A DNA stretch of 64,000 nt from an uncultured Planctomycetaceae bacterium (lineage in GTDB: Bacteria; Planctomycetota; Planctomycetia; Planctomycetales; Planctomycetaceae). The notes beneath the pieces were generated by a model. That model searched no databases. It saw nothing but the letters and a program-made list of their open reading frames with translations, and was not told where the DNA came from. The position numbers and the translations under genes are program-made. Each line of letters starts with the position of its first letter. Within the stretch, counting starts at the first letter, position 1. The stretch spans positions 640,001-704,000 of the forward strand of contig CAWFAK010000017.1 in the NCBI GenBank assembly GCA_963813715.1, written 5' to 3'. Positions 55,924-64,000 of this stretch are shown here, in pieces.

Positions 55924-57558
55924 ATGGACGCGCGATTGGCGGAAGCGACCACGCCGGCGAGCCGGAATTCCAGTCGGCCTTCCGACCAACTTAGCCGCGA
56001 AAGCGAAGACGTCCTGACTCCGGAACCAACGCCCGTTCCCCGCAGCGCCCTTCACGACGGCAAGGCCAAGATCCTGCTCGTCGACGATCGCCCGGCTAAT
56101 CTCCTGGCCTACCAAGTTATCCTGGAAGAGCTGGGCGAAGAGCTGATTTTGGTGCAATCGGGCGAAGAGGCTCTCGAACAACTGCTTACCCACGATTTTG
56201 CCGTCATCCTGCTCGACGTCACCATGCCCGGCATGGACGGATTCGAGACCGCCAAGGCCATCCGTGCCCGGGAAACCCAGGCGCACACGCCGATCATTTT
56301 CCTGACGGCCTTTAGCGACGATTTGAAATCATCCGAGGCCTACGCCCACGGGGCCGTCGACTACATTCAGACTCCGGTCGTGCCGAACATCCTGCGGGCC
56401 AAGGTCAAGGTCTTTGCCGACTTTGTCCGGATGACCGAAGAGCTCAATCGTCGGCGCCATCAGGAAGTCGTGCAGGAGGGGGCCGAGCGGCTGAGGCTGA
56501 TCCTCGATTCGTCGCTCGATGCCGTCGTCTCAATGGACGAACAGGGCAAAATCACCGGCTGGAATCCCCAGGCGGAAGCCGTTTTTGGCTGGCCCCGCGA
56601 CGCCGTCATCGGCGAAAGCCTCGCCGATCTGATCATTCCCGAACCGTATCGGTTCGCTATGCAGCGGGGGCTTGACCTCTTCCGCACAACGGGCGAAGGT
56701 CCCCTGCTCCGCCGACGGCTGGAGCTGACGGCCCTCCGCAAGCTGGGCGTCGAATTCCCGGTCGAGCTGACGATCTCGCCGCTCCGGGTCGGGGACCACT
56801 ACGAGTTCTGCGCCTTCGTCCGCGACATCAGCCAGCGCAAGGCGGCCGAAGAGCAGATTCGCCGCTACGCGACGGAGCTGGAGCGGAGCAATCGGGAGCT
56901 CAACGATTTCGCCTATTCCGCCTCGCACGACCTGCGTTCCCCGCTGCGGGCGGTTGCCCAGATCGCCAGCTGGATCGCCGAGGATCATGCGACCGAACTC
57001 TCCGAGGAGGTCCGCAACGATCTGGACCTGATGCAGCGCCGCGTGCAGCGGATGCAGGCACTGCTCGACGACATGCTCGAATATGCCCGCGTCGGCCGGA
57101 GCGACGGGGATTTGAGCCACGTCGATTGCGAGGAGCTGGCGCGTGAAATTGTCGAGTCGCTGCCGTTGCCGCCGGGGTTCACGATCACGGTCGAGCCCTT
57201 GCCGACGCTCCTGACCCATCGCACACCCCTGCATCAGGTGCTGCGGAACCTGATCAGCAACGCGGTCAAGCATCACAACCGCCCCGACGGGCGGGTTGAG
57301 ATCCTCGCTCGCGATCACGGCGACCACATCGAATTCATCGTGCAAGACGACGGGCCCGGAATTGCGCAAGACTACCACGACCAGATCTTCCGGATGTTCA
57401 CGACGCTCAAGCCGCGCGACTCCGTCGAGGGGAGCGGCATGGGCCTCGCGCTCGTTAAGAAGATCGTCGAGGGCCGCGGCGGGACTATCACCCTGGAGTC
57501 CGCCGAGGGGAGAGGGGCGAAATTCCGCTTCACGTGGCCCCGGGGTGCCGAAGGATAA
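55924..57558 (+). CDS. Hybrid sensor kinase (REC-PAS-HisKA-HATPase)
   Basis: LLVDD/LLDV receiver, PAS (WNPQAE, FPVEL), SHDLRSPL, NLISNA, DDGPG, GMGL. Confidence 0.93.
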   Translation: MDARLAEATTPASRNSSRPSDQLSRESEDVLTPEPTPVPRSALHDGKAKILLVDDRPANLLAYQVILEELGEELILVQSGEEALEQLLTHDFAVILLDVTMPGMDGFETAKAIRARETQAHTPIIFLTAFSDDLKSSEAYAHGAVDYIQTPVVPNILRAKVKVFADFVRMTEELNRRRHQEVVQEGAERLRLILDSSLDAVVSMDEQGKITGWNPQAEAVFGWPRDAVIGESLADLIIPEPYRFAMQRGLDLFRTTGEGPLLRRRLELTALRKLGVEFPVELTISPLRVGDHYEFCAFVRDISQRKAAEEQIRRYATELERSNRELNDFAYSASHDLRSPLRAVAQIASWIAEDHATELSEEVRNDLDLMQRRVQRMQALLDDMLEYARVGRSDGDLSHVDCEELAREIVESLPLPPGFTITVEPLPTLLTHRTPLHQVLRNLISNAVKHHNRPDGRVEILARDHGDHIEFIVQDDGPGIAQDYHDQIFRMFTTLKPRDSVEGSGMGLALVKKIVEGRGGTITLESAEGRGAKFRFTWPRGAEG

Positions 57559-57580
57559 CGTTGCGCGGAGGGTTGAAACC

Positions 57581-58018
57581 GTGTTCAGCGAGACGGTCAG
57601 CATCATGATCGTCGACGACGATGAAGTCGACGTGCGGGCCATCCAGCGTGGATTGAGGCAACAACGAATCGTCAACCCGGTCTTTGTCGCCAGCGATGGC
57701 CAACAAGGACTGGACATGCTCCGCGGAGAACAGGGGCACGAGAAAATCCCGCAGCCGGCGTTGATCGTGCTCGACCTCAATATGCCGCGGATGACGGGGC
57801 TGAAATTCTTGGAAGCGCTGCGGGGCGACGACAACCTGGCCAACAGCATCGTGTTCATCCTCACGTCGTCGAACGCCGACGAGGACAAGATTGCCGCCTA
57901 CAAGCACCACATCGCCGGATACGTCGTCAAGTCGGATGCCGGCGTCAGTTTTTTGAAAGCCGTCCAGATGGTGCAGAAATACGTGCTGTGCGTCCAATTC
58001 CCTCCGGAACACGGGTGA
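57581..58018 (+). CDS. Single-domain response regulator (Rcp-like)
   Basis: IVDDD, LDLNMP, LTSS, GYVVK. Confidence 0.9.
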   Translation: MFSETVSIMIVDDDEVDVRAIQRGLRQQRIVNPVFVASDGQQGLDMLRGEQGHEKIPQPALIVLDLNMPRMTGLKFLEALRGDDNLANSIVFILTSSNADEDKIAAYKHHIAGYVVKSDAGVSFLKAVQMVQKYVLCVQFPPEHG

Positions 58019-58022
58019 CTCG

Positions 58023-59195
58023 ATGAACCAGGGCCAAGAAAGACTCTTGCAAATCTTGATGGTGGATGACGACCAAATCGATCGACGCAATGTGCAACGG
58101 GCGCTGGGCGGCGCGTATGGGCTGGTGGAGGCGGAAAACGGCCGCGAGGCGCGCCGCCTGGCCGACGCACATCAGCCCGATTGCATTTTGCTCGACTACA
58201 ACATCCCGGGAACCGACGCACTCGAACTGCTTGACGACTTGCGCTTGCATGCGCCCGTGGTGATGCTCACCGGCGCGGGGGACGAGGCCGTGGCCGTGGC
58301 GGCGATGAAGGCCGGAGCCCTCGATTACCTCAGCAAGAACGACTTTTCGGCCGACTCGCTCGACCTGGCAATCCGCGGGTCGATCGAAAAAGCCGATCGG
58401 CACCGCCGCCAGGTCGAATCGCGGGCGCGCTTGCAGAAGGAATATCGCTACGAGAAAGAGCGGCGGTTGGAGCTGGAGGGGGCGATGCAGGTCGCCCGCG
58501 ACATCCAACAGAATCTGCTCCCCGCCTCGGCCCCCCAAGTCAAAGGGTTCGACATCAGCGGCGTCTGCCTGCCGGCCGAGTCAGCCAGCGGCGACTTCTA
58601 CGATTACCTCCCTGCACCGGACGGAACGTTGGCGATTGTTGTGGGAGACGTTTCGGGGCACGGCGTCGGGCCGGCCCTTTTGGCGGCCGAAGCCCGCGCG
58701 TATATCCGCGCGCTCACTCGCATCGGCACGGATGTGGGACAGATCACCACGACCGTCAATCGCCTGCTCTGGGAAGATACGTCCGGCGGACGCTTCGCGA
58801 CGCTCGTGCTGACGCGGATCGATCCCGAACGCCGGACGCTGACTTACGCGGCCGCCGGCCACTGCGCGTACGTCGTGCACGATTCGGGCGAATTCACGCT
58901 GCTCAACAGCCAGTGCCCTCCGCTGGGCGTGTTGGAATCGACGGTGGTCCAAACCAGCGAGCCGTTCTTCCTGCGCCACGGCGATATCGTGCTCATCGCC
59001 ACGGACGGACTGTTCGACATTCGCTCGCCTGACAAAGCGGCCTTCGGCAAGGAACGGGTGATCGGCTTGATGCATGCCTTTCGGCATCAGCCGGCCGAAA
59101 AGATCATCGACGCGGTGCTGCTCTCCGCGCGGACGTTCGCCGAGAACGCGCCGCTGCCCGACGATGTGACGCTTGTTCTCGTCAAAGTGCTCTAG
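58023..59195 (+). CDS. REC-PP2C/SpoIIE phosphatase (RsbU/RsbP-like)
   Basis: Receiver domain, IQQNLLP, GDFYD, GDVSGHG, TDG, DDVT. Confidence 0.9.
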   Translation: MNQGQERLLQILMVDDDQIDRRNVQRALGGAYGLVEAENGREARRLADAHQPDCILLDYNIPGTDALELLDDLRLHAPVVMLTGAGDEAVAVAAMKAGALDYLSKNDFSADSLDLAIRGSIEKADRHRRQVESRARLQKEYRYEKERRLELEGAMQVARDIQQNLLPASAPQVKGFDISGVCLPAESASGDFYDYLPAPDGTLAIVVGDVSGHGVGPALLAAEARAYIRALTRIGTDVGQITTTVNRLLWEDTSGGRFATLVLTRIDPERRTLTYAAAGHCAYVVHDSGEFTLLNSQCPPLGVLESTVVQTSEPFFLRHGDIVLIATDGLFDIRSPDKAAFGKERVIGLMHAFRHQPAEKIIDAVLLSARTFAENAPLPDDVTLVLVKVL

Positions 59196-59232
59196 AGGGC
59201 ACAAGCCTTCGACATCGCCTTAAGCGACGACG

Positions 59233-60792
59233 TTACGTCGAAGAGACGGCGGCCGGAGCGTCGACGGACTCGGCGTCGGCCGGCTGCACGCCGACCGAGT
59301 GTGGCTGCGACGCTGCCGCAACCGCGACGTCGTCTCCTCCCTTGGAGAAGACCATCGAGCCATCGTCGATCGCGCCGTAGCGCATCGTGAGCAGATCGCG
59401 CACGTAGTTCTGCCGCATGAGCCAGGGTGCTTTCGTGCCTTGCTTCGGAAACTGGTCGACGCCCCGCTGCACGTAGCCGGACGTCAGGCCCAACAGCGGT
59501 CCTGCTTGAACCTGCGCATCTGCGGCGCGGGGGACGCACTGTTTGTAGCCGCCCCGATCCATGAAGTTGAGCAGTCGGCAGACATAGGTCGAAGCCAGGT
59601 CGGCCCGCAACGTCCACGACGCCGTCGTATAGCCGACGCACGCAGCGCAATTCGGCACGTCGCTCAGCATCAGGCCTTTATAGGTGAGCGAACGGCCCGG
59701 CTCGACCGCCTTGCCGTCCACGGACAGTCGAATCCCACCGCACGAGAGCATCTTGAGCCCCGTGGCGGTGACAACGATGTCCGCTGGCAACTCTTTCCCG
59801 GATTCGAGCAGAATGCCCTGCTTCGTGAATTTGGCGATCTGGTCTGTCACAACCGAGACGCGTCCCGTTTTGATTCCCTGGAACAAGTCGGCATTGGGCA
59901 CCAGGCAGACCCGCTGGTCCCAGGGCTGATAGCGGGGCTTGAAGTGCGTGTCGATGTCGAAGTCCGGCGGCAGCTCCCTGGCGATGCCTTTCCGCAAGAG
60001 TCGCTTGGCTAGTCCCGGCGCCCGTCGGCAGAGCTGGTAGAAGTAAATGCCCAAGAGCACGTTGCGCCAGCGGAGCGCCCGGTGGGCCGTCCGCTCGGGC
60101 AAAATGCGGCGGATGAAATTCGCCATGCGATCCTCCGAGGGCATCGAGACGATGTACGAGGGGGATCGCTGCAGCATCGTCACGTGGGCGGCTTGCTCGG
60201 CCATCGCGGGAACGAGCGTCACGGCCGTGGCACCGCTGCCGATCACGACCACCCGCTTGTCACGATAGTCGAGATCCTTGGGCCAGTGCTGCGGATGCAC
60301 CAGGCGGCCCTCGAAGTCCTCGGTGCCGGCAAAGACCGGCTGATGACCGGCTTCGTAGTCGTAGTAGCCGCTGCAGAGGTACAGGAAATTGCCGGTGTAG
60401 CGAACGGGCTGTTTCTCCGGCCCGACCTCCGCATCGACCGTCCACAGCGAATTCTCGCTCGACCAGGACGCCGACTTCACGCGGTGGTTGAAGCGGAAGT
60501 GGCGATCGATGCCGAAGTCGTGGGCCGTTTCTCGCAGGTAGGCCAGAATGTCCGGGCCGTCCGCGATGGCCTTGGCCGCCTTCCACGGACGGAACGAATA
60601 ACCCAGCGTGAACATGTCGGAGTCGGAGCGGATTCCCGGATAGCGAAACAAATCCCAGGTGCCGCCGATATCGCTGCGTCCTTCGAGGATCGCATAGCTC
60701 TTGCCGGGGCAATGAGTCTGCAGATGGTAACCGGCCCCGATGCCGGAAATGCCCGCACCGACGATCAAAACGTCGAAATTCTGGACCGACAC
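59233..60792 (-). CDS. Baeyer-Villiger/flavin monooxygenase (EthA-like)
   Basis: GAGISG, GGTWDLFRYPG, FEGRLVHPQHW fingerprint, GSGATA. Confidence 0.92.
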   Translation of the reverse strand: MSVQNFDVLIVGAGISGIGAGYHLQTHCPGKSYAILEGRSDIGGTWDLFRYPGIRSDSDMFTLGYSFRPWKAAKAIADGPDILAYLRETAHDFGIDRHFRFNHRVKSASWSSENSLWTVDAEVGPEKQPVRYTGNFLYLCSGYYDYEAGHQPVFAGTEDFEGRLVHPQHWPKDLDYRDKRVVVIGSGATAVTLVPAMAEQAAHVTMLQRSPSYIVSMPSEDRMANFIRRILPERTAHRALRWRNVLLGIYFYQLCRRAPGLAKRLLRKGIARELPPDFDIDTHFKPRYQPWDQRVCLVPNADLFQGIKTGRVSVVTDQIAKFTKQGILLESGKELPADIVVTATGLKMLSCGGIRLSVDGKAVEPGRSLTYKGLMLSDVPNCAACVGYTTASWTLRADLASTYVCRLLNFMDRGGYKQCVPRAADAQVQAGPLLGLTSGYVQRGVDQFPKQGTKAPWLMRQNYVRDLLTMRYGAIDDGSMVFSKGGDDVAVAAASQPHSVGVQPADAESVDAPAAVSST

Positions 60793-61010
60793 GTTGTCCG
60801 CTCCCTGGGGAAAGACCGGTGCCGCTGCCGTTGAGATTCGGGGAGGCTCGTTCGCCCGCGTCTGTGCGCCGAGTGGCGACCCTCGAACTGAGGATCCGCG
60901 AGCTAGTGTGTATTGTCCAGCGAAGACGGGGACTTGGCGACCCCGGGGCCGCAAAAAGTCGGCCGCGAACCGATTTTGCCGCCGAACCGAGGTCTTCGCG
61001 TCGCCGCGGT

Positions 61011-61499
61011 TCAGTTCCCCGATGGCGTGCCGAACTGCGTTTCGAGCAGCTTCCGCATGCCGCGGAGAGAGGGGCGGATGCCAATCGAGATGGCCATGCC
61101 CGTGTGGCCGTTCACGACGGCCGTCACTTTGATCGTGACGCGGGTGGCTTCGCCCTCGCGCTGCACCTGAATCTCGGTTTCCTGCGAGACGAGATTCTCC
61201 TTGTCGCTCTTCAGCAGCACGGTCCGGATGAGGCCGTTGCGTTCCGGGTCGTGCTCGACGATGAAGGTGAAGGGCCCTTCTTTCGTCTCTTTGTGGAGCT
61301 TCGACTGTCGACCCTGGACGGCCAGCACTTCGGCGCCGGTGCTCTCGTCGATGGCGCTCGCGTTCTGCTCGATCCAGCGGCAGACGGTGCGTTCATCGGC
61401 GGCGAGCAGAAACGTGGTCTGCTGCCGGCCGGTGCCCGCCAAAACCGGATGCGCAACAACCAAAAGGCAGAGCAGCATCGCGTAGCGCGCCACGTTCAT
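61011..61499 (-). CDS. Hypothetical secreted protein (possible SRPBCC-like fold)
   Basis: Signal peptide, beta-rich core, C-terminal helix. Confidence 0.55.
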   Translation of the reverse strand: MNVARYAMLLCLLVVAHPVLAGTGRQQTTFLLAADERTVCRWIEQNASAIDESTGAEVLAVQGRQSKLHKETKEGPFTFIVEHDPERNGLIRTVLLKSDKENLVSQETEIQVQREGEATRVTIKVTAVVNGHTGMAISIGIRPSLRGMRKLLETQFGTPSGN

Positions 61500-61812
61500 T
61501 GGGTGATCCGTTTTGAAATCGCCGACACGAGCCGCGCTCCTCCGGAGATGTCCGCGGAGGTCACTCCCGTGTCAAATGCTAGGTTTCCGACCGCTTCTCC
61601 ACCAGTGGCCCCGCAACGATTCCAGCAGGATTGCCGGCGATCGCCGGTCGGACAGGAGCCGACCGCAAGAAAAGTGTCCGGAATTTGATTTGCCGGAGAA
61701 AAAACGACAAGACCAGTTTGGGGTAAAAATCGCTGTTAGCTGAAGACGGGATTGGTTTTCTCGCAGGCTCACGGACGTTCAACGGCCGCGTGTTGCAATT
61801 GTTTCTGCGAGT

Positions 61813-63493
61813 TCAGGAGGTCGGCGAGAGCAGGGACTGCACCGACCGTCCGAGTCCGTGAAGCGCCTCTTCCGCGGCACGCACGCCGTGATATACGGCC
61901 TCCTCGCAGAGCGCGATGCCGCTGAGGTCGGTGCCGGCGAAATGAATTGAGCCGAAGGGTTCAGCCGCGCTCCGGCGGGCGGCGCTCCACACAAAACCGG
62001 GACGCGGTCGGACCATGGCGTGGCCCCACTTCATCACGTCGAGCCGCTCGACCAGCGACCGAATCTCGGGATGGGCCGGCTCGAGATCGCTCAGCACCAG
62101 CTCCGCGGCCTCGGTCCAGGTCATGTCGAGCAACCGCTGCCGGGCGGCGGTCATTTGTCGCGACCGCGTCGCCGGGAGGGCCGTCGCACAACGCGGTGTA
62201 CCAGGTGAGCACAGTCGGACCGTAATCGAGGCCCGCTTGATGCGTGGCCGTCACGTACCCGAGCGAGCGACTGTCGTAGAGCACGTTGTCCCAGGCGAGC
62301 GGGAAGTCCCGTTCGGCCGGCCGCGCGCGAAGGTGCAGATTGGCGACCAGCCACGGGCTGTACTGGAACTCACGCGCGTGCCGTTTGCGTTCGTCGGGCA
62401 GATCGCGAATTAAGTACGGGGCGAGAAACTGCGAGCCGGCGAAGATCGCGCGCTGGGCCCGCACGCCGACGACCTCGCCGGTCGTCACGTCGAGGGCGGT
62501 CACCTCGACTCGCCCGGCGTCGTGAATCCTGGTCTGGGCCACGTCGACCACGGCCATCCCGCAGCGCAGCTGGCTGCGAACGCGGTCGGCGAGATAGCGC
62601 ACGATCCGGCCGTTGCCCTCCGGCCAGGTGATGAGCGGCTGCGCTTCGCTCGCCGGCCCGCGGACCCGCGACGCGAAATAAAACAATCCGGCCCAGGCGC
62701 TCGTTTGTTCGCTCGTCGCTCCGTAGTCGTCCCGGCACGAATAATCGATCAGCCACAACAGCCGTGCCGAAGTCCAACCGTGCCGCCGCACCCACTCCGC
62801 CATTGAGAGCCCATCGAGGGCGGTCACCTCCGGATCGTCCGAGCCGTGGGGAACGGGGATCGCAAAAGCGCGGCGCCCTTTGCCGTCACGCCACTGAACC
62901 CAGCGGGCGATCTCGGCCCGAAAATCGCGGAGTTCGTCGAAATCGCGCGGCGTCGCCCCGGCCGAGGGATAAAGTCCCTCGTACCACGTCCCGTCGACAA
63001 ACACGCGTTCGCCAGGGTCGCGACACAAATACTGCTCGGCGACGACCGGGACTCCGGCGGCGTCGACTCGCTCGATCACTCCCATTTCGCGCAAGAGGGC
63101 GATCAGCGAGCGATTCTCCGGCAGCGGCACGGGGACATAGTGCGCACCCCAGGGATAGGCCGTGAGCGGCGACTGCCCGGAGCGCGACGTGCCCCCCGGC
63201 GCGCTTCCAACTCCAAGATCAGAAAGCGCTCGAGGCCGCTGCGCTTCAAGGCCCAGGCGGCCGCGAGTCCCGACATGCCGCCCCCGATGACGACGACGTC
63301 GCGTCTCTTGCCAGCGGTTGTTTGCCGGTCGAGGCCGAAAGCCGTCGCGGATTCGATGGCCGACGGCATAGTTCGGCGCGAGAATTTCCCCGGCCGGTGG
63401 CAGCGATGCGGCGCGTCCTTCGCAGCCGGCCAAGAGCCCGGCCGACGTGCCGAGCAATCCGGCCAGCAATTCGCGGCGACTCAGTCGGGGCAT
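61813..63493 (-). CDS. Tat-exported FAD-dependent oxidoreductase, frameshifted
   Basis: SRRELL, VVIGGGMSGL, PWGAHY, DDYG, WGHAM; frame changes near 63300, 63205, 62157. Confidence 0.8.
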
Positions 63494-63570
63494 GGCTGTT
63501 TTGTGCCGAGAGATTTCGCGGGCTTTTCGATCGTCGACGACCGGTTTGCGTTAGACGGTGCCGAGCGCGG

Positions 63571-64000
63571 TTAGTCCCACTTCCGCCATTCGGCGTCGTA
63601 GTAGCGGACCAGCGCCTGGTTATCCAGGCGGTTGATTTCGGTCTCGACCCGCTTGAGGTCCGTAGGAAATTCGAACAGCCCGGCGAGGGCCCCGCGATCG
63701 AGGAATCGGAGCTGCGGCGCGAGCGAGGCGGGGATTTCCGTGGGCGCGGTCGCGGGCTGCGGTGTCGCCAGGGCGAAGCCCCAAATCCCGAATGCCGGCA
63801 CCGTGACCTGAAACGGATGGACCCAGAAGCCGGCAGCCTCGAGCGTGCGAATGATGCACCAATACGACTTCGGCGCCACCAGCGGCGACGTGCACTGCAC
63901 GGCGACCGCTCCGCCCGGCGCGAGACGCGCCTGCAAAAGTCGGAAGAACCGAGTCGTGTAGAGCTTGCCGATCGAAAACGTGCCCGGATCGGGGAAGTCG
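63571..64000 (-). CDS. speE: Polyamine aminopropyltransferase (membrane-type spermidine synthase), C-terminal part; truncated by window end
   Basis: DFPDP...GKLY, Q.TSP, VPAFGIWGF, EINRLDNQ.LVRYY. Confidence 0.85.
   Translation of the reverse strand, partial: DFPDPGTFSIGKLYTTRFFRLLQARLAPGGAVAVQCTSPLVAPKSYWCIIRTLEAAGFWVHPFQVTVPAFGIWGFALATPQPATAPTEIPASLAPQLRFLDRGALAGLFEFPTDLKRVETEINRLDNQALVRYYDAEWRKWD

Overview
GC-rich bacterial chromosome segment. The gene content points to a Planctomycete: a DUF1549/DUF1553 + DUF1501 pair, an ECF sigma + Ser/Thr kinase pair, a Planctomycete-type TolC and a sulfatase. Most of the window is housekeeping or metabolic (ROK kinase, hisS, smpB, nadA, aroC, aroF, larA, sugar-acid dehydratase, two-component and SpoIIE signalling, ABC transporter/M1 peptidase, BVMO, spermidine synthase). 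Many genes are split by single-base indels, most likely long-read consensus errors. The notable part is a ~7 kb mobile island at ~36.9-43.9 kb between larA and a sulfatase. It contains (i) an IS607-type serine recombinase with an unusual C-terminal winged-helix extension, no tnpB, flanking inverted repeats and a predicted cis-antisense RNA; (ii) a 3.75 kb cargo-carrying transposon with an IS903-like DDE transposase fused to a SWIM zinc finger, GGCTTTGC termini and an exact 10-bp target duplication, whose cargo includes a DUF3800 (RNase H-fold) gene flanked by two predicted structured non-coding RNAs with their own promoters; (iii) an IS4 element with an 11-bp duplication. Both DDE elements sit in the equivalent position of two copies of one GTCCC-rich repeat. 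All family assignments come from motif recognition by eye; no database search was run.
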